From assembly GCA_965653375.1 (NCBI GenBank), contig CBFGZY010000007.1:2614-66613 (forward strand): 64,000 nucleotides of DNA. The letters are read 5' to 3'. This stretch comes from an uncultured Pseudoxanthomonas sp. (lineage in GTDB: Bacteria > Pseudomonadota > Gammaproteobacteria > Xanthomonadales > Xanthomonadaceae). The notes under the pieces are model-generated. The model saw nothing but the letters and a program-made list of their open reading frames with translations, ran no database searches and had not been told where the DNA came from. This document shows positions 1 to 12,394 of this stretch, piece by piece (the first letter of the stretch is position 1; every line of letters starts with the position of its first letter). The position numbers were made by a program, and so were the translations under genes.

Positions 1-605
1 AGCGGCAACTGGTACAGATCCGCCAGTTGGAAGCTACCGCCCTTCAGGTACAGGTAGATCAACCCGACCAGCATGAAGACCGAGCCCAGGAACGTGTACA
101 GGAAGAACTTCACCGACGCGTAGATACGACGCGGGCCGCCCCACACGCCGATGATCAGGAACATCGGGATCAGCATGGCCTCGAAGAACACGTAGAACAG
201 CATCGCGTCCATCGCGCAGAACACGCCCACCATCAGGCCTTCGAGGAACAGGAACGCCGCCACGTACTGGCTGACGCGCTTCTCCACCGATGTCCATGCA
301 CCGATCAATGCCAGCACCGTCGTCAGCGTGGTGAGCACGATCAACGCGACCGAAATGCCGTCGGCGCCCAGCGAATACCAGATCTTGAAGGCCGGTACCC
401 ACTCATGCTTTTCGACGAATTGCATGCCCGGATTGGCGAAGTCGAAGCCGGTCAGCAACGGCACGCTGAAAGCGAATGTCAGCAGCGCCACCGCCAAGGC
501 CGCCCAGCGGGCCAGTCCGGCACGGGCATTGCCCAACGCGAGCACCAGCGCACCACCGAGGATCGGCAGCCAGATCAAAATACTTAGCAAGGGCCAGTTC
601 GACAC
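1..605 (-). CDS. nuoM: NADH-quinone oxidoreductase subunit M (5' part only; runs off the window edge)
   Basis: Manual translation from GTG at 605 gives MSNWPLLSILIWLP...DGIS...FFEAMLIPMFLIIGVWGG...KFFLYT. It follows nuoL. Not in the ORF track. Confidence 0.95.
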   Translation of the reverse strand, partial: MSNWPLLSILIWLPILGGALVLALGNARAGLARWAALAVALLTFAFSVPLLTGFDFANPGMQFVEKHEWVPAFKIWYSLGADGISVALIVLTTLTTVLALIGAWTSVEKRVSQYVAAFLFLEGLMVGVFCAMDAMLFYVFFEAMLIPMFLIIGVWGGPRRIYASVKFFLYTFLGSVFMLVGLIYLYLKGGSFQLADLYQLP

Positions 606-651
606 GTGTGGTATCCGTTAGTTCAGCGCCAGAGGCGTCATTGCCAGGGCA

Positions 652-2898
652 TTACTGCCAAAACCGGATGAGCACGGCCAACAGTGCAATCAGGCCGAGG
701 ATCATCGCGAAGGCGTAGTGGTAGAGGAATCCGGACTGGCTGCGCCGCAACAGATGTGCCGCCAGGTCGACCAGGCGGGCACTGCCATTGACCGCCGCGC
801 CGTCGATCACATGCGTATCGATCGCGCGCGAGGCACGTCCGAGCTTGACGCTGCCGCCGGCCAGGCCGCCGATCCACAGATCGTCCATGCCGTACTTGTT
901 CTCCAGGATGCGGACCGGCAACGCGAAGGTCGCGCGCGCCTTCGCCGCCCACTCCGGCTTGAACAGGTACAGCAGCGTCGCCAGTGCGAAGCCCGCGAAC
1001 GCCAGCCAGAACGGCGGCGCGGTGAAGCCGTGCCAAGCGAACGCGGCCGGCCCGTGGAACGTTTCCTTCAACGCAGCGACCGTATCCGACGCCGGGTTGA
1101 TGAAATCGATGGCGCCCAGGAAGAAAGGCAGCTGCTGGTGATGGCCGCTCCAATCGGTACCGAACAGCATCGGGCCGATGGTGAAATAGCCGATCAGGAT
1201 CGAAGGGATCGCCAGCAGGATCAGCGGCACCGTCACCACCCAGGGCGACTCATGCGGCGTATGGGCGTGATCGCCATGGTGCCCATGCCCGTGATCGTCA
1301 TGGCCGTGCGCTTCATGCTCGTGCGCCAACGCGTGTTCCTGCGCTTCCGACTCCGCTTCCGGCGCCACGTAGTGCTCAGGCGCGGGATCGTTGAAGCGTT
1401 CCTTGCCGTGGAAGGTCAGATACAGCAAACGGAAGCTGTAGAAGCTGGTGACGAAAACGCCCGCCAGCACCGCCCAATAACCGTAGGTGGCGATGAAAGT
1501 GCTGGGGCCATGCACATCCGGCGGCGCCATCGTGCCCAGCTCGGCCAGCTTGGTGGCGAATTCGCCCGCCTGTTCCTTGTGGTGCTTGGCCGCTTCGATG
1601 ATCGTGTCTTTCGAATAGAAGCCCGCGAAGAACGGCGTTCCCACCAGCGCCAGGGTACCGATCAGGCTGGTGATGTAGGTAATCGGCATGTACTTGCGCA
1701 GGCCGCCCATCTTGCGCATGTCCTGCTCGTGGTGCATGCCGATGATCACCGAGCCCGCAGCCAGGAACAGCAGCGCCTTGAAGAACGCATGCGTCATCAG
1801 GTGGAACACCGCCGCCGAGTAGGCCGACACACCCAGTGCGACCGTCATGTAACCCAGCTGTGACAACGTGGAATACGCCACGACGCGCTTGATGTCGTTC
1901 TGCACGATGCCGATCAGGCCGGTGAAGAACGCCGTGGTGGCGCCGATGAACAGCACGAAATCCAGCGCAGTCTGCGACAGCTCGAACAGCGGCGACATGC
2001 GCGCCACCATGAAGATGCCGGCGGTCACCATGGTCGCGGCATGGATCAGTGCGGAAATCGGCGTAGGGCCTTCCATCGAGTCCGGCAGCCAGACGTGCAG
2101 CGGCACCTGCGCCGACTTGCCCATCGCGCCAATGAACAGACATATGCAGATGATGGTGGCAATGGACCAGACGGCCGGTGCGTCCAACACCTGCCAGGTA
2201 TTGCCGAACACGGTGATCGCGCCGGACCAGACCGGTATCGCCTTGCCGACCAGCAAGGTCGCATTGGCGAAGACGGTGGCGTAATCCAGCGTGCCGAACA
2301 TCAGCAGCACGCCGGCAATGCCCAGCAGGAAGCCGAAATCGCCGACGCGATTGACCAGGAACGCCTTCATGTTGGCGAAGATCGCGGTCGGCCGCTTGAA
2401 CCAGAAACCGATCAGCAGATACGACACCAGGCCCACCGCTTCCCAGCCGAAGAACAGCTGCAGGAAGTTGTTGCTCATCACCAGCATCAGCATGCTGAAG
2501 GTGAACAGCGAGATATAGCTGAAGAAGCGCTGGTAACCCGGATCCTCGGCCATGTAGCCGATGGTGTAGATATGCACCAGCAGCGACACGAAGGTCACCA
2601 CCACCATCATCATGGCGGTGAGCTTGTCGATCATGAAACCGACATGGCCGCTGTAGTTGCCGACTTCGAAGAAGGTGTAGATGTTCTGATTGAACGGCGA
2701 AGCACCCTGTCCTACCAGTTGGTACAGGACCCAGCCGGAAAGTGCGCAGCTGACCGCGACGCCCAGGATGGTGACGATGTGCGAACCGGCTCGGCCCACC
2801 TGCCGGCCGAACAGGCCGGCGATGACGCTGCCCAGCAGCGGTGCCAGCACGATGGCCAGCAGCACGTTCTTGGAAATCTCGACTTCCAGACCAGTCAT
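652..2898 (-). CDS. nuoL: NADH-quinone oxidoreductase subunit L
   Basis: 748 aa; motifs FFGWEAVGLVSYLLIGFW, GKSAQVPLHVWLPDSMEGPTPISALIHAATMV, HAFFKALLFL. Confidence 0.98.
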   Translation of the reverse strand: MTGLEVEISKNVLLAIVLAPLLGSVIAGLFGRQVGRAGSHIVTILGVAVSCALSGWVLYQLVGQGASPFNQNIYTFFEVGNYSGHVGFMIDKLTAMMMVVVTFVSLLVHIYTIGYMAEDPGYQRFFSYISLFTFSMLMLVMSNNFLQLFFGWEAVGLVSYLLIGFWFKRPTAIFANMKAFLVNRVGDFGFLLGIAGVLLMFGTLDYATVFANATLLVGKAIPVWSGAITVFGNTWQVLDAPAVWSIATIICICLFIGAMGKSAQVPLHVWLPDSMEGPTPISALIHAATMVTAGIFMVARMSPLFELSQTALDFVLFIGATTAFFTGLIGIVQNDIKRVVAYSTLSQLGYMTVALGVSAYSAAVFHLMTHAFFKALLFLAAGSVIIGMHHEQDMRKMGGLRKYMPITYITSLIGTLALVGTPFFAGFYSKDTIIEAAKHHKEQAGEFATKLAELGTMAPPDVHGPSTFIATYGYWAVLAGVFVTSFYSFRLLYLTFHGKERFNDPAPEHYVAPEAESEAQEHALAHEHEAHGHDDHGHGHHGDHAHTPHESPWVVTVPLILLAIPSILIGYFTIGPMLFGTDWSGHHQQLPFFLGAIDFINPASDTVAALKETFHGPAAFAWHGFTAPPFWLAFAGFALATLLYLFKPEWAAKARATFALPVRILENKYGMDDLWIGGLAGGSVKLGRASRAIDTHVIDGAAVNGSARLVDLAAHLLRRSQSGFLYHYAFAMILGLIALLAVLIRFWQ

Positions 2899-2905
2899 CA
2901 GTACA

Positions 2906-3211
2906 TCAGCCTTTGAGCGTATCGACTTCGGCGACGTTGATCGTGCGCCGGGTGCGGAACAGAGTGACCAGGATCGCCAGGCCGATAGCGGCCTCGGCGG
3001 CAGCCACCGTCAAAATAAAGAACACGAAGATCTGCCCGGCGGCGTCGCCCAACTCGCGCGAGAACGCCACGAAGTTGATGTTTACCGCCAACAGCATCAA
3101 CTCGATGGACATCAGCAGCACGATGACGTTCTTACGGTTAAGGAATATGCCCGCTACGCTGATGCAGAACAGCACCGCGCCCAGCGCAAGCAGATGGCCC
3201 ACAGTGATCAT
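2906..3211 (-). CDS. nuoK: NADH-quinone oxidoreductase subunit K
   Basis: 101 aa; LMSIELML and [12 protein letters not shown] motifs. Confidence 0.98.
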   Translation of the reverse strand: MITVGHLLALGAVLFCISVAGIFLNRKNVIVLLMSIELMLLAVNINFVAFSRELGDAAGQIFVFFILTVAAAEAAIGLAILVTLFRTRRTINVAEVDTLKG

Positions 3212-3888
3212 GGCGTGCTCCCTCCTTGTGTATTCCCCTCTTTAGCAACATCCACTGCAGCGGACGCGTCGCTTGGACGCACGGCTTTCACGGACGCCAT
3301 TTTCACCATGCGTACGCGGTCGCCGGCTTTCACCCGCGACTGCTCGCTGGGGTCTTGCGTCTTGGTGCCAGGACGCTTGCGCAGCGTCAGCATCACCGCC
3401 GCAATCACCGCCACGGTCAGGATCACCGCGGCGAACTCGAACGGCAGCAGGAACTCGGTAAACAGCGTACGCGCCAGCCAGGAAGTATTGGACGCGTCGG
3501 CCGCCGAAGCCGCGGCATTTGCCGGGAATGGCGTAGCCATCCGTGCCTTGATGCCGATCAGCACCAGCATCTGCCCCAACATCACCACGGCCACCAGCAA
3601 CCCGACCGGCAGGAACCGTACCCAGCCTTCGCGCAGCTTGACGATGTCGATATCCAACATCATCACCACGAACAGGAACAACACCATCACCGCGCCCACG
3701 TAGACCAGGATCAGCGCCACGCCCAGGAACTCGGCGCCGACCAGCAGCCACACGCAGGCCACCGAGAAGAACGTCAGGATCAGGCACAACACCGCATGCA
3801 CCGGATTGCGCACGCTGATCACGGCGCCGGCGGCAACCACCGCGACAGCGGCAAACGCGTAAAAGCTGATCAATACCCAGTCCATCAT
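3208..3888 (-). CDS. nuoJ: NADH-quinone oxidoreductase subunit J
   Basis: C-terminal part of ORF 3208..4245, starting MMDWVLISF; [33 protein letters not shown]. Confidence 0.96.
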   Translation of the reverse strand: MMDWVLISFYAFAAVAVVAAGAVISVRNPVHAVLCLILTFFSVACVWLLVGAEFLGVALILVYVGAVMVLFLFVVMMLDIDIVKLREGWVRFLPVGLLVAVVMLGQMLVLIGIKARMATPFPANAAASAADASNTSWLARTLFTEFLLPFEFAAVILTVAVIAAVMLTLRKRPGTKTQDPSEQSRVKAGDRVRMVKMASVKAVRPSDASAAVDVAKEGNTQGGSTP

Positions 3889-3907
3889 GCTCTCTTTAGG
3901 AATGTTC

Positions 3908-4396
3908 TCAGCGGAAGGCGGCGTCGGCGGCGCGGCGCTCGGCGATCTCGGCTTCCAGCCGGTCTCCGATAGCCAGCAACTGCGGCTTGGTAACGATGTT
4001 CTGGCCACGCTTGTCGAAGTGGTACTCCAACAGATGCGTCTCCACGATCGAATCCACCGGGCAGCTCTCTTCGCAGAAGCCGCAGTAGATGCACTTGAAC
4101 AGATCGATGTCGTAGCGCGTGGTGCGGCGGGTGCCGTCCTCACGCGGGGCCGAGTCGATGGTGATGGCCAGCGCCGGGCAGACCGCTTCGCACAACTTGC
4201 AGGCGATGCAGCGCTCTTCGCCGTTGGGATAGCGGCGCAGCGCATGCAGCCCGCGGAAGCGCGGCGACTGCGGGAACTTCTCCATCGGGTACATCATCGT
4301 GTACTTCGGCTTGAAGGCGTACTTCAGCGTCAGCCACAAGCCCTGGGCAAGCTCCAGCAGCATCAGGCTCTTGAAGTAATGGACTACCTTATTCAT
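3908..4396 (-). CDS. nuoI: NADH-quinone oxidoreductase subunit I
   Basis: Two 4Fe-4S motifs, [12 protein letters not shown] and [12 protein letters not shown]; start taken at MNKVV. Confidence 0.97.
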   Translation of the reverse strand: MNKVVHYFKSLMLLELAQGLWLTLKYAFKPKYTMMYPMEKFPQSPRFRGLHALRRYPNGEERCIACKLCEAVCPALAITIDSAPREDGTRRTTRYDIDLFKCIYCGFCEESCPVDSIVETHLLEYHFDKRGQNIVTKPQLLAIGDRLEAEIAERRAADAAFR

Positions 4397-4415
4397 CGCA
4401 GCATGCCCTTCAAAT

Positions 4416-5507
4416 TCATGCACCCTTCTCGAACACGCCGAAGAACGCCAACAACGCCGTCACCGCGATCCATGCGATGGTCAGCGGAATGAATACTTTC
4501 CAGCCCAGGCGCATGATCTGGTCGTAGCGGTAGCGCGGGAAGCTGGCGCGGAACCAGATGTAGGCGCTGGCGAAGAACAACACCTTCAGCAGCATCCAAG
4601 GCCAACCGCCCTTCCATACCCAATCCACCCACGGCGACACGTCACCGGTCACCCAACCCTGGATCGGGCTCAACCAGCCGCCAAGGAAGAAGATCGAGAC
4701 CAGGAAACTGACCAGGATCATGTTGGCGTATTCGGCCAGGAAGAACAGCGCGAACGCGGCGCCGGAGTATTCCACCATGTGGCCGGCAACGATTTCCGAC
4801 TCGCCTTCCACCACGTCGAACGGCGCGCGGTTGGTTTCGGCGACGCCCGACACCCAGTAGACGATGAACAACGGGAACAACGGCACCCAGAACCACTCCA
4901 GGAAACCGGCATCGCCCGCCTGCGCCATCACGATCTCGCTCAGGTTCAAGCTGCCCGCGGCGATCAGCACACCGACCAGGGCGAAGCCCATCGCGATTTC
5001 GTAGCTGACCACCTGCGCGGCGGAGCGCATCGCACCCAGGAACGCATACTTTGAGTTCGATGCCCAGCCGGCGATGATGATGCCGTACACGCCCATCGAG
5101 GTCATCGCCAACAGGTACAGCAGACCGGCATTGGCGTTGGACAGCACCAGCTTGGCGTCGAACGGCACCACCGCCCACGCGGCGAAAGCCGGCGCCAGTG
5201 TGATCAGCGGCGCGATGACATACATCGTCTTCTGCGCACTGCTGGGCTGGATGATTTCCTTGAACAGCAGTTTGAAGACGTCGGCGAAGGCCTGGAAGAT
5301 GCCCATGCCCACATACATCGGTCCGTGCCGCACGTGCATCCAACCGATCAGCTTGCGCTCCCATACCACGTAGAACGCGACCGCCACGATCACCGGCACG
5401 GCGATCGTCAGGATCTTCAATACGATCCACAGCACGGTACCGATGTCGCCCAGGCCGAAGAACCAATCGCGCAACGGACCTATCGCATTGATCAACAGTT
5501 CGTTCAT
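4416..5507 (-). CDS. nuoH: NADH-quinone oxidoreductase subunit H
   Basis: 363 aa; [20 protein letters not shown]...[15 protein letters not shown]. Confidence 0.98.
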   Translation of the reverse strand: MNELLINAIGPLRDWFFGLGDIGTVLWIVLKILTIAVPVIVAVAFYVVWERKLIGWMHVRHGPMYVGMGIFQAFADVFKLLFKEIIQPSSAQKTMYVIAPLITLAPAFAAWAVVPFDAKLVLSNANAGLLYLLAMTSMGVYGIIIAGWASNSKYAFLGAMRSAAQVVSYEIAMGFALVGVLIAAGSLNLSEIVMAQAGDAGFLEWFWVPLFPLFIVYWVSGVAETNRAPFDVVEGESEIVAGHMVEYSGAAFALFFLAEYANMILVSFLVSIFFLGGWLSPIQGWVTGDVSPWVDWVWKGGWPWMLLKVLFFASAYIWFRASFPRYRYDQIMRLGWKVFIPLTIAWIAVTALLAFFGVFEKGA

Positions 5508-7747
5508 GCGCTCACCACCGTTACACGGTCCGCACCCAGCGGCGCCGTGGCGCCATAGCCGCTTTCGATCCAGGCACTACCCGCAGCCACGCGCGCATCG
5601 ACGATTACCGGCAACGCCGCTGTGCCGTCGGCTACACGCACTTTGGCGACCTTGCCGTCGGACAGGCCATTGGCGGCCGCATCGGTGGGATGCAGCACGA
5701 TGCGCGCGCCGACGTTCAACGGATGCGCCTGCAGGGCTTCGGCGCGGCGTACGACACCATCGGTGCGATAGATCGCCGCGGTAACCGTCAACTCCAGTCC
5801 CTCGGAAGCGCGCGCGACTGGTTTGCTGGCCGACTGCAGGTTCGGTCCGCTCGCCGGCTGATTGGTGAGCGCCGCGCGCAGGTCTGCCAATTCGATGAAA
5901 TCGAAGCCAGGCAGTTGTAGTTCGCCACCCAGCGCACGCAATACGCGCCAGCCTTCACGGGCTTCGCCCGGCGGCTTGCCGCCCGCTTGAGTGCGCTGCT
6001 CGGTGCCATCCAGATTGGTCAGCGTGGCGTCGATTTCCGGCAGCGCGCCGATCGGCAGGATCACGTCGGCCACGGCACGCGTCGACTCGCACGCGAAATG
6101 GCTGAAGGCGACGACTTTCGCAGCGTTCAGTGCTTTCTGTGCGGCGGCGGTATCGGCGAAATCCAAGCCTGGCTCGATGCCGTAGATGACGTAGGCGCTG
6201 CGCGGTTCGGCAAACATTCCAGCCACGTCGCGCTGCGCAGGCAGCACGCCGTTGCGGGACAGGCCCAAGGCATTGGCACCCTGCGGGATGCGGCACAGCG
6301 AAGCGCCGGTCGCAGTGGCGAAGTCGGCCGTGGCGGCGCGAATTTGCGCGGCTGCCGGGTGGTTCTCGGCGATCCCACCGACGATCACCACGGCGTGGTT
6401 GGCGCCCTTGGCGACATCGCGCAATCCAGCATCGCTCAATGCCGCGGCGATCTGCGACGGCGGCACGATCCGCTTGCTGGCCTGATTGAAGGCGAAGTCG
6501 AACTCCACCGGGTTGACCACATGCACCTTCGCGCCCTTGCCGTTGGCCTTGCGGATGCGCTGGTGCAACAACGGGAGTTCGTGACGAATATTGGTGCCGA
6601 CCAGCACGATCACGTCAGCCCGCTCGATGTCCGCCAGCGGCAGCGCGAACGGCTGCGCGGTTGCGCCATCAGAGAAGTCGCGATTGTAGATGCGGTGATC
6701 CAGGTTGCCCGTGCCCAGCCCAGCAGCGAGCTTGGCCAGCAGGCCACCCTCTTCGTTCGAGGTGGCCGGATGCGCCAGCACACCCAGGCTGTCGCCCGAA
6801 TGCGCGCGCAGGATTTCGGCAGCGGCGTTCAGGCCTTCGGCCCAGGAGACTTCGCGCCATTGCCCATCGACCTTGCGCAGAGGCTTGAGCGCGCGGTCGT
6901 CGCTGTACAGGCCCTGGTGCGAGTAACGGTCGCGATCGGACAACCAGCATTCGTTGACGGCTTCGTTGTCGCGCGGCACCGCACGGAGGACCTGGCCACG
7001 GCGAACGTGCAGGAACAGGTTCGATCCCATCGCATCGTGGTAGCCGATGGATTCGCGCGCGATCAGTTCCCACGGACGGGCGCGGAAGCGGAATACCTTG
7101 TTGGTCAGCGCGCCGACCGGGCACACATCGGCGACATTGCCGGACAACTCGGTGGTCAGCGGCTTGCCGTCGTAAGTGCCGATCTGCAAATTTTCGCCGC
7201 GATACATCCCGCCCAGCTCATAGGTGCCGGCGATCTCCGCAGTGAAACGGACGCAGCGTGTGCACTGGATGCAGCGGGTCATTTCGGTGGCCACCAGCGG
7301 ACCGATATCCTCGTCCGGCACCACCCGCTTGCGCTCCTGGAAACGGCTGACCGAACGCCCGTAGCCCAGCGAAAGATCCTGCAGTTCGCACTCGCCGCCC
7401 TGATCGCAGATGGGGCAGTCCAGCGGATGGTTGATCAGCAGGAACTCCATGACGTTGCGCTGCGACTTCAACGCTTTGTCGCTGCGCGTCTGGACCTTCA
7501 TGCCTTCCATCACCGGCGTGGCGCAGGCAGGCGCCGCCTTGGGCATCTTCTCCACTTCCACCAGGCACATGCGGCAGTTTGCGGCGATGGCCAGCTTGTC
7601 GTGATAGCAGAAACGCGGAATCGGAATACCGGCCTTGTCGGCGGCCTGGATGATCATCGAGTTCTTGGGCACGACCATCGACTGCCCATCGATCTCGATG
7701 GTGACGTGGTCAGGCGGAACATTGGGATTTGCTGGCTGGGCGCTCAT
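5504..7747 (-). CDS. nuoG: NADH-quinone oxidoreductase subunit G (no N7 cluster motif)
   Basis: Start MSAQPANP at 7747. N1b CYH...NCRMC, N5 [15 protein letters not shown]4 CIQCTRC...CPVG. The N7 cysteine positions are replaced (YHDAMG...SDRDR). Confidence 0.97.
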   Translation of the reverse strand: MSAQPANPNVPPDHVTIEIDGQSMVVPKNSMIIQAADKAGIPIPRFCYHDKLAIAANCRMCLVEVEKMPKAAPACATPVMEGMKVQTRSDKALKSQRNVMEFLLINHPLDCPICDQGGECELQDLSLGYGRSVSRFQERKRVVPDEDIGPLVATEMTRCIQCTRCVRFTAEIAGTYELGGMYRGENLQIGTYDGKPLTTELSGNVADVCPVGALTNKVFRFRARPWELIARESIGYHDAMGSNLFLHVRRGQVLRAVPRDNEAVNECWLSDRDRYSHQGLYSDDRALKPLRKVDGQWREVSWAEGLNAAAEILRAHSGDSLGVLAHPATSNEEGGLLAKLAAGLGTGNLDHRIYNRDFSDGATAQPFALPLADIERADVIVLVGTNIRHELPLLHQRIRKANGKGAKVHVVNPVEFDFAFNQASKRIVPPSQIAAALSDAGLRDVAKGANHAVVIVGGIAENHPAAAQIRAATADFATATGASLCRIPQGANALGLSRNGVLPAQRDVAGMFAEPRSAYVIYGIEPGLDFADTAAAQKALNAAKVVAFSHFACESTRAVADVILPIGALPEIDATLTNLDGTEQRTQAGGKPPGEAREGWRVLRALGGELQLPGFDFIELADLRAALTNQPASGPNLQSASKPVARASEGLELTVTAAIYRTDGVVRRAEALQAHPLNVGARIVLHPTDAAANGLSDGKVAKVRVADGTAALPVIVDARVAAGSAWIESGYGATAPLGADRVTVVSA

Positions 7748-7768
7748 GCTTGGGCTCCTGACGGAGCC

Positions 7769-7857
7769 GGGAATGGGGAATGGGGAACGGGGAATGGGCA
7801 AAGCCGTGCTTCGCTTTCCGATTCCAGGTTCCCGATTACCGGTACCCGGTTACCGCG
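7769..7857. repeat. Heptamer array (GGGAAT/CG)x4 plus an imperfect complementary array
   Basis: GGGAATG GGGAATG GGGAACG GGGAATG at 7769-7796; TTCCGA/TTCCCGA/TTACCGG-type units at about 7817-7857. Confidence 0.9.
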
Positions 7858-7868
7858 TTCGAACAGAC

Positions 7869-9200
7869 TCATGCGGCCACTCCCAACTTCTCATCCACAA
7901 TGGAACGTCCATTGGCGATGTAGTACTCGAACTCGTGCCAGAAGTGGCGCAGCATGCCCTGCACCGGCCAAGCGGCGGCTTCGCCGAATGCGCAGATGGT
8001 GTGGCCCTCGATCTGGCCCGCTGCAGCCTTCAGGGTATGCAGGTCTTCCAGCGTGGCCTTGCCTTCCACCACGCGCGTGATCATGCGGTACATCCAGCCG
8101 GTGCCTTCGCGACACGGCGTGCACTGGCCGCAGCTTTCCTTGTAGTAGAAGCGCGCGATGCGTTGGCAGGCGCGGACCATGCAGGTGGTCTCGTCCATCA
8201 CGATCACCGCACCCGAACCCAGGCCGGAGCCGGCCTTCTGGATGCTGTCGTAATCCATGGTCAGGCCCATCATGGTGTCGGCCGGCAGCACCGGCATCGA
8301 CGAACCGCCGGGGATCACCGCTTTCAGCTTGTTGCCGTTGCGCACGCCGCCGGCCATTTCCAGCAGTTCGGCGAACGACGTACCCAGGCGGATCTCATAG
8401 TTGCCAGGCCGGTTGACGTGGCCGGATACCGAGAAAATCTTCGGACCGCCATTGTTGGGCTTGCCGAGATTGAGGAACCATTCGGCGCCGTTGCGAATGA
8501 TCGCCGGCACCGAAGCGTACGTCTCGGTGTTGTTGATGGTGGTGGGCTTGCCGTAAAGGCCGAAGTTGGCCGGGAACGGCGGCTTGAAACGCGGCTGGCC
8601 CTTCTTGCCTTCCAGCGACTCCATCAGCGCGGTCTCTTCGCCGCAGATGTAGGCGCCCGCGCCCAGTGCGTTGTAGATATCGATATCGATACCCGAGCCC
8701 AGGATGTTCTTGCCCAGCCAGCCGTGCTGATAAGCCTCGGCGGTCGCTTCTTCCAGGTGCTCGAACGGCTCGTGATGGAACTCGCCGCGCAGATAGTTGT
8801 AGCCCACGCTGGAACCGGTGGCGTAGCAGGCGATCGCCATGCCTTCGATCACCGCATGGGGATTGAAGCGCAGGATGTCGCGATCCTTGGCCGTGCCGGG
8901 CTCGGATTCGTCAGAGTTGCAGAGGATGTACTTCTGCATGTCGCCCTTGGGCATGAAGCTCCACTTCAGGCCGGTAGGGAAGCCCGCGCCGCCACGGCCG
9001 CGCAAACCGGACTGCTTGACCATGTCGACCACGTCGGCCGGCGCGATCTTCTCTTCGATGATCTTGCGCAGCGCACTGTAGCCGCCGGTCTTCAGATAGT
9101 TTTCGTACGACCACGGCTTGTCGAAATGCAGCGTCGTGTAGACAACCTGATGTTCTTTGGGAGCAGGGCCGACAGGGCCTGATGTTTCGTGGTGTGCCAT
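7869..9200 (-). CDS. nuoF: NADH-quinone oxidoreductase subunit F
   Basis: Start MAHHE at 9200; [44 protein letters not shown]. Confidence 0.98.
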   Translation of the reverse strand: MAHHETSGPVGPAPKEHQVVYTTLHFDKPWSYENYLKTGGYSALRKIIEEKIAPADVVDMVKQSGLRGRGGAGFPTGLKWSFMPKGDMQKYILCNSDESEPGTAKDRDILRFNPHAVIEGMAIACYATGSSVGYNYLRGEFHHEPFEHLEEATAEAYQHGWLGKNILGSGIDIDIYNALGAGAYICGEETALMESLEGKKGQPRFKPPFPANFGLYGKPTTINNTETYASVPAIIRNGAEWFLNLGKPNNGGPKIFSVSGHVNRPGNYEIRLGTSFAELLEMAGGVRNGNKLKAVIPGGSSMPVLPADTMMGLTMDYDSIQKAGSGLGSGAVIVMDETTCMVRACQRIARFYYKESCGQCTPCREGTGWMYRMITRVVEGKATLEDLHTLKAAAGQIEGHTICAFGEAAAWPVQGMLRHFWHEFEYYIANGRSIVDEKLGVAA

Positions 9201-9204
9201 GTGC

Positions 9205-9732
9205 TTACTCCAGCCCGTCCAGCAACTCATCGACCTTCTCGGCCGAGAGCTTCTCGTGGTAGTGACCATTGATCACGACCACCGGCGCACCGCAGCAGGC
9301 GGCGACGCATTCTTCTTCGCGCTTCAGGTAGACGCGGCCGTCGGCGGTGGATTCACCCAGCTTGCAGCCCAGCTTCTCCTCGGCGTGCTTCACCAAGTCT
9401 TCGGCGCCGTTCAACCAGCAGCTGATATTGGTGCAGAACGCCACGTTGTTGCGGCCGACTTTTTCGGTCTCGAACATCGAATAGAAGCTGGCGACCTCGT
9501 AGGCCCAGACCGGCGGCAGATCCAGGTACTTGGCGACACCGGCGATCAGCTCGTCGGTCAGCCAGCCCTCGTTCTGCTCCTGCGCGGCATGCAAGCCCTG
9601 CAGCACCGCCGAGCGCTTACGGTCGGGCGGAAACTTGGACACCCAATGATCGATGTGCGCACGCGTCTTGTCGCTCAGCACGACCAGTGGATCGACATTG
9701 CGCGCGTTTTCGAAATTACCTGTGGCCCTCAT
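9205..9732 (-). CDS. nuoE: NADH-quinone oxidoreductase subunit E
   Basis: 2Fe-2S ligands CTNISC and CVAAC; VASFYSMF. Confidence 0.97.
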   Translation of the reverse strand: MRATGNFENARNVDPLVVLSDKTRAHIDHWVSKFPPDRKRSAVLQGLHAAQEQNEGWLTDELIAGVAKYLDLPPVWAYEVASFYSMFETEKVGRNNVAFCTNISCWLNGAEDLVKHAEEKLGCKLGESTADGRVYLKREEECVAACCGAPVVVINGHYHEKLSAEKVDELLDGLE

Positions 9733-11030
9733 CGGTCCACCTCACCAAAGACAAGATCATAGGTACCGATCATCGCGACTACGTCGGGCAGCATATGGCC
9801 GCGCACGACGTGATCCATCGACGAAAGGTGAGCGAAGCCCGGCGCACGCAGGTGCACGCGGAACGGCTTGTTGGCCCCATCGGAAACCAGATAGCAGCCG
9901 AACTCGCCCTTGGGCGCTTCAACTGCGGCGTAAGTTTCGCCGGCGGGCACGCAGTAGCCTTCGCTGAAGAGTTTGAAGTGATGGATCAACGCTTCCATGT
10001 CGTCCTTCATCTCCTCGCGCGAGGGCGGCGACACTTTGAAGTTCTTGACCATCACCGGGCCGGGATTGGCGCGCAGCCAGTCCACACACTGCTTGATGAT
10101 GCGGTTGGACTGCCGCATCTCGGCCATGCGGACCAGATAACGGTCGTAGCAATCGCCATGGGTGCCGACAGGAATGTCGAAATCGACCGCGTCGTATTTC
10201 GCGTAAGGCTGCTTCTTGCGCAAGTCCCACTCGATGCCCGAACCGCGCAGCATGGCGCCGGTCATGCCCCAGGCGCGCGCGTCTTCCGGCGAGATCACGC
10301 CGATGCCGACGGTACGCTGCTTCCAGATACGGTTGTCGGTCAGCAGGGTTTCGTATTCGTCGACACGCTTGGGGAACTCGCGGGTGAAGTCGTCGAGGAA
10401 ATCCAGCAGCGAGCCTTCGCGGGCTGCATTGAGGCGCTTCAACGCCTTGCCCTTGTGCCAGGGCGATTCCCGGTACTGAGGCATGCGGTCCGGAAGGTCG
10501 CGGTAGACGCCGCCCGGACGATAGTAGGTGGCGTGCATGCGGGCACCGCTGACGGCTTCGTAGCAATCCATCAGCTCTTCGCGCTCGCGGAAGGCGTACA
10601 ACATGACCGCCATCGCACCCAGGTCCAATCCATTGGAACCGACCCACATCAGGTGATTCAAGATGCGGGTGATCTCATCGAACATGGTGCGGATGTACTG
10701 CGCGCGTTCGGGCGCCTCGATCCCCATGAGGGTTTCGATGGCGCGCACGTAGGCGTGCTCGTTGCACATCATCGACACGTAATCCAACCGGTCCATATAA
10801 CCGATCGATTGATTGAAAGGCTTGGATTCGGCCAGCTTCTCGGTACCGCGGTGCAGCAGGCCGACATGCGGATCGGCGCGCATCACCGTTTCGCCGTCCA
10901 TTTCAAGGATCAGGCGCAATACGCCGTGTGCGGCGGGATGCTGCGGGCCGAAGTTCAGCGTGTAGTTGCGGATCTCGGAGCGGCCGACGGCGGGGGTGCT
11001 GGGGGACGCGACAGGAGGTTGCATGCTCAT
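9729..11030 (-). CDS. nuoD: NADH-quinone oxidoreductase subunit D
   Basis: [37 protein letters not shown]. Confidence 0.98.
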   Translation of the reverse strand: MSMQPPVASPSTPAVGRSEIRNYTLNFGPQHPAAHGVLRLILEMDGETVMRADPHVGLLHRGTEKLAESKPFNQSIGYMDRLDYVSMMCNEHAYVRAIETLMGIEAPERAQYIRTMFDEITRILNHLMWVGSNGLDLGAMAVMLYAFREREELMDCYEAVSGARMHATYYRPGGVYRDLPDRMPQYRESPWHKGKALKRLNAAREGSLLDFLDDFTREFPKRVDEYETLLTDNRIWKQRTVGIGVISPEDARAWGMTGAMLRGSGIEWDLRKKQPYAKYDAVDFDIPVGTHGDCYDRYLVRMAEMRQSNRIIKQCVDWLRANPGPVMVKNFKVSPPSREEMKDDMEALIHHFKLFSEGYCVPAGETYAAVEAPKGEFGCYLVSDGANKPFRVHLRAPGFAHLSSMDHVVRGHMLPDVVAMIGTYDLVFGEVDR

Positions 11031-11770
11031 GGTTTGGCCTCGCGTGCAGCCTGCTCGGAAGCGGCGCGTTCGCCGGCGGCGGTCTGGTAGCGTGCGTCGT
11101 CGCGAATGACGCGCGGCACCGAGACGCGCGGCTCGACCGACGTGACGGGCTCGTAGATCACGCGCTGTTTCTCTTCGTCGTATCGCACTTCAACGTTGCC
11201 GATCAGCGGGAAATCCTTGCGGAAAGGATGGCCGACGAAACCGTAGTCGGTCAGGATGCGGCGCAAATCCGGATGGCCTTCGAAAACGACGCCGAACAGG
11301 TCGAAAGTTTCGCGCTCGAACCAATTGGCGCCCGGCCAGATATCGGTCACCGAAGCGACCACCGGCACATCGTCGTTCGGCGCATAGCAGCGCACGCGCA
11401 GGCGTTGGTTGTGCTGATAGGACAGCAAGTGCACGACCACCGCGAAACGATGTTCCGGACCCTCGCCCCGAGGACGCTGATCCCAACTGAAACGGCCTGG
11501 ACCACCAAGACCTTCCACGCCGCGGCTGAAACCTTCCGACGACACATCGGAGGTGTCCCACTCATCACTGCCGTAGCTCAGGTAGTCCACGCCGGTGACA
11601 TCGATCAGCTGTTCGAAACCGAATTCATCGCGCAGCGCCAGACAGGCCGCATGCCAGTGCGAGGAAGGAACTTCCATCGTGACTTCGCCACGCGGCTCGG
11701 CAACGGCGACAGCCGCTTCCGGGAAGCGCGTGCGCAGACGATCAGTGAAATTTGCAGCTTGCTCGGCCAT
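11027..11770 (-). CDS. nuoC: NADH-quinone oxidoreductase subunit C (not fused to D)
   Basis: [40 protein letters not shown]. Confidence 0.98.
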   Translation of the reverse strand: MAEQAANFTDRLRTRFPEAAVAVAEPRGEVTMEVPSSHWHAACLALRDEFGFEQLIDVTGVDYLSYGSDEWDTSDVSSEGFSRGVEGLGGPGRFSWDQRPRGEGPEHRFAVVVHLLSYQHNQRLRVRCYAPNDDVPVVASVTDIWPGANWFERETFDLFGVVFEGHPDLRRILTDYGFVGHPFRKDFPLIGNVEVRYDEEKQRVIYEPVTSVEPRVSVPRVIRDDARYQTAAGERAASEQAAREAKP

Positions 11771-11839
11771 GGGGCGTGGCGTGCTCTGGAGTGTGATGTT
11801 CGGGGGAAACTTGCCGGACTTGTCGAATCAGGGCCAGGA

Positions 11840-12394
11840 TCAGCGCGCGATGGTCTGCGTGCGCCAGATCTTTTTCTGCAGCTGCAGAATGCCGTAGACC
11901 AACGCCTCGGCCGTGGGCGGGCAGCCAGGCACGTAGATGTCGACCGGCACGATGCGATCGCAGCCGCGCACGACCGAATACGAATAGTGGTAATAGCCGC
12001 CGCCATTGGCGCAGCTACCCATCGAGATCACCCACTTCGGTTCCGGCATCTGGTCGTAGACCTTGCGCAGCGCCGGAGCCATCTTGTTGACCAGCGTACC
12101 GGCGACGATCATCACGTCCGACTGGCGTGGCGACGGACGGAACACCACGCCGTAGCGGTCCAGGTCCAGGCGCGAAGCACCGGCATGCATCATCTCCACC
12201 GCGCAGCAGGCCAGACCGAACGTCATCGGCCACATCGAACCGGTACGCGCCCAGTTCATCAGCGCGTCGACGCTGGTGGTCACGTAGCCTTTTTCCAGCA
12301 AGGGGTTGTCGCCTTCGGGACGCAAAATGTCGTCCACCCGCCCTTCCGGGATCGGGTTGGTCATCAACCGATCGATGGTTTGGATCACTCCCAT
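11840..12394 (-). CDS. nuoB: NADH-quinone oxidoreductase subunit B
   Basis: Start MGVIQ at 12394; [25 protein letters not shown]. Confidence 0.98.
   Translation of the reverse strand: MGVIQTIDRLMTNPIPEGRVDDILRPEGDNPLLEKGYVTTSVDALMNWARTGSMWPMTFGLACCAVEMMHAGASRLDLDRYGVVFRPSPRQSDVMIVAGTLVNKMAPALRKVYDQMPEPKWVISMGSCANGGGYYHYSYSVVRGCDRIVPVDIYVPGCPPTAEALVYGILQLQKKIWRTQTIAR

Noticed and set aside
5987-8080. 697-aa + strand ORF (and similar long ORFs at 9687-11090, 10928-12421, 24938-26707, 57094-58146)
   Set aside because: They lie antisense to well-supported genes, have Arg/Gly/Ala-rich shadow composition and no motifs. This is expected in high-GC coding DNA.
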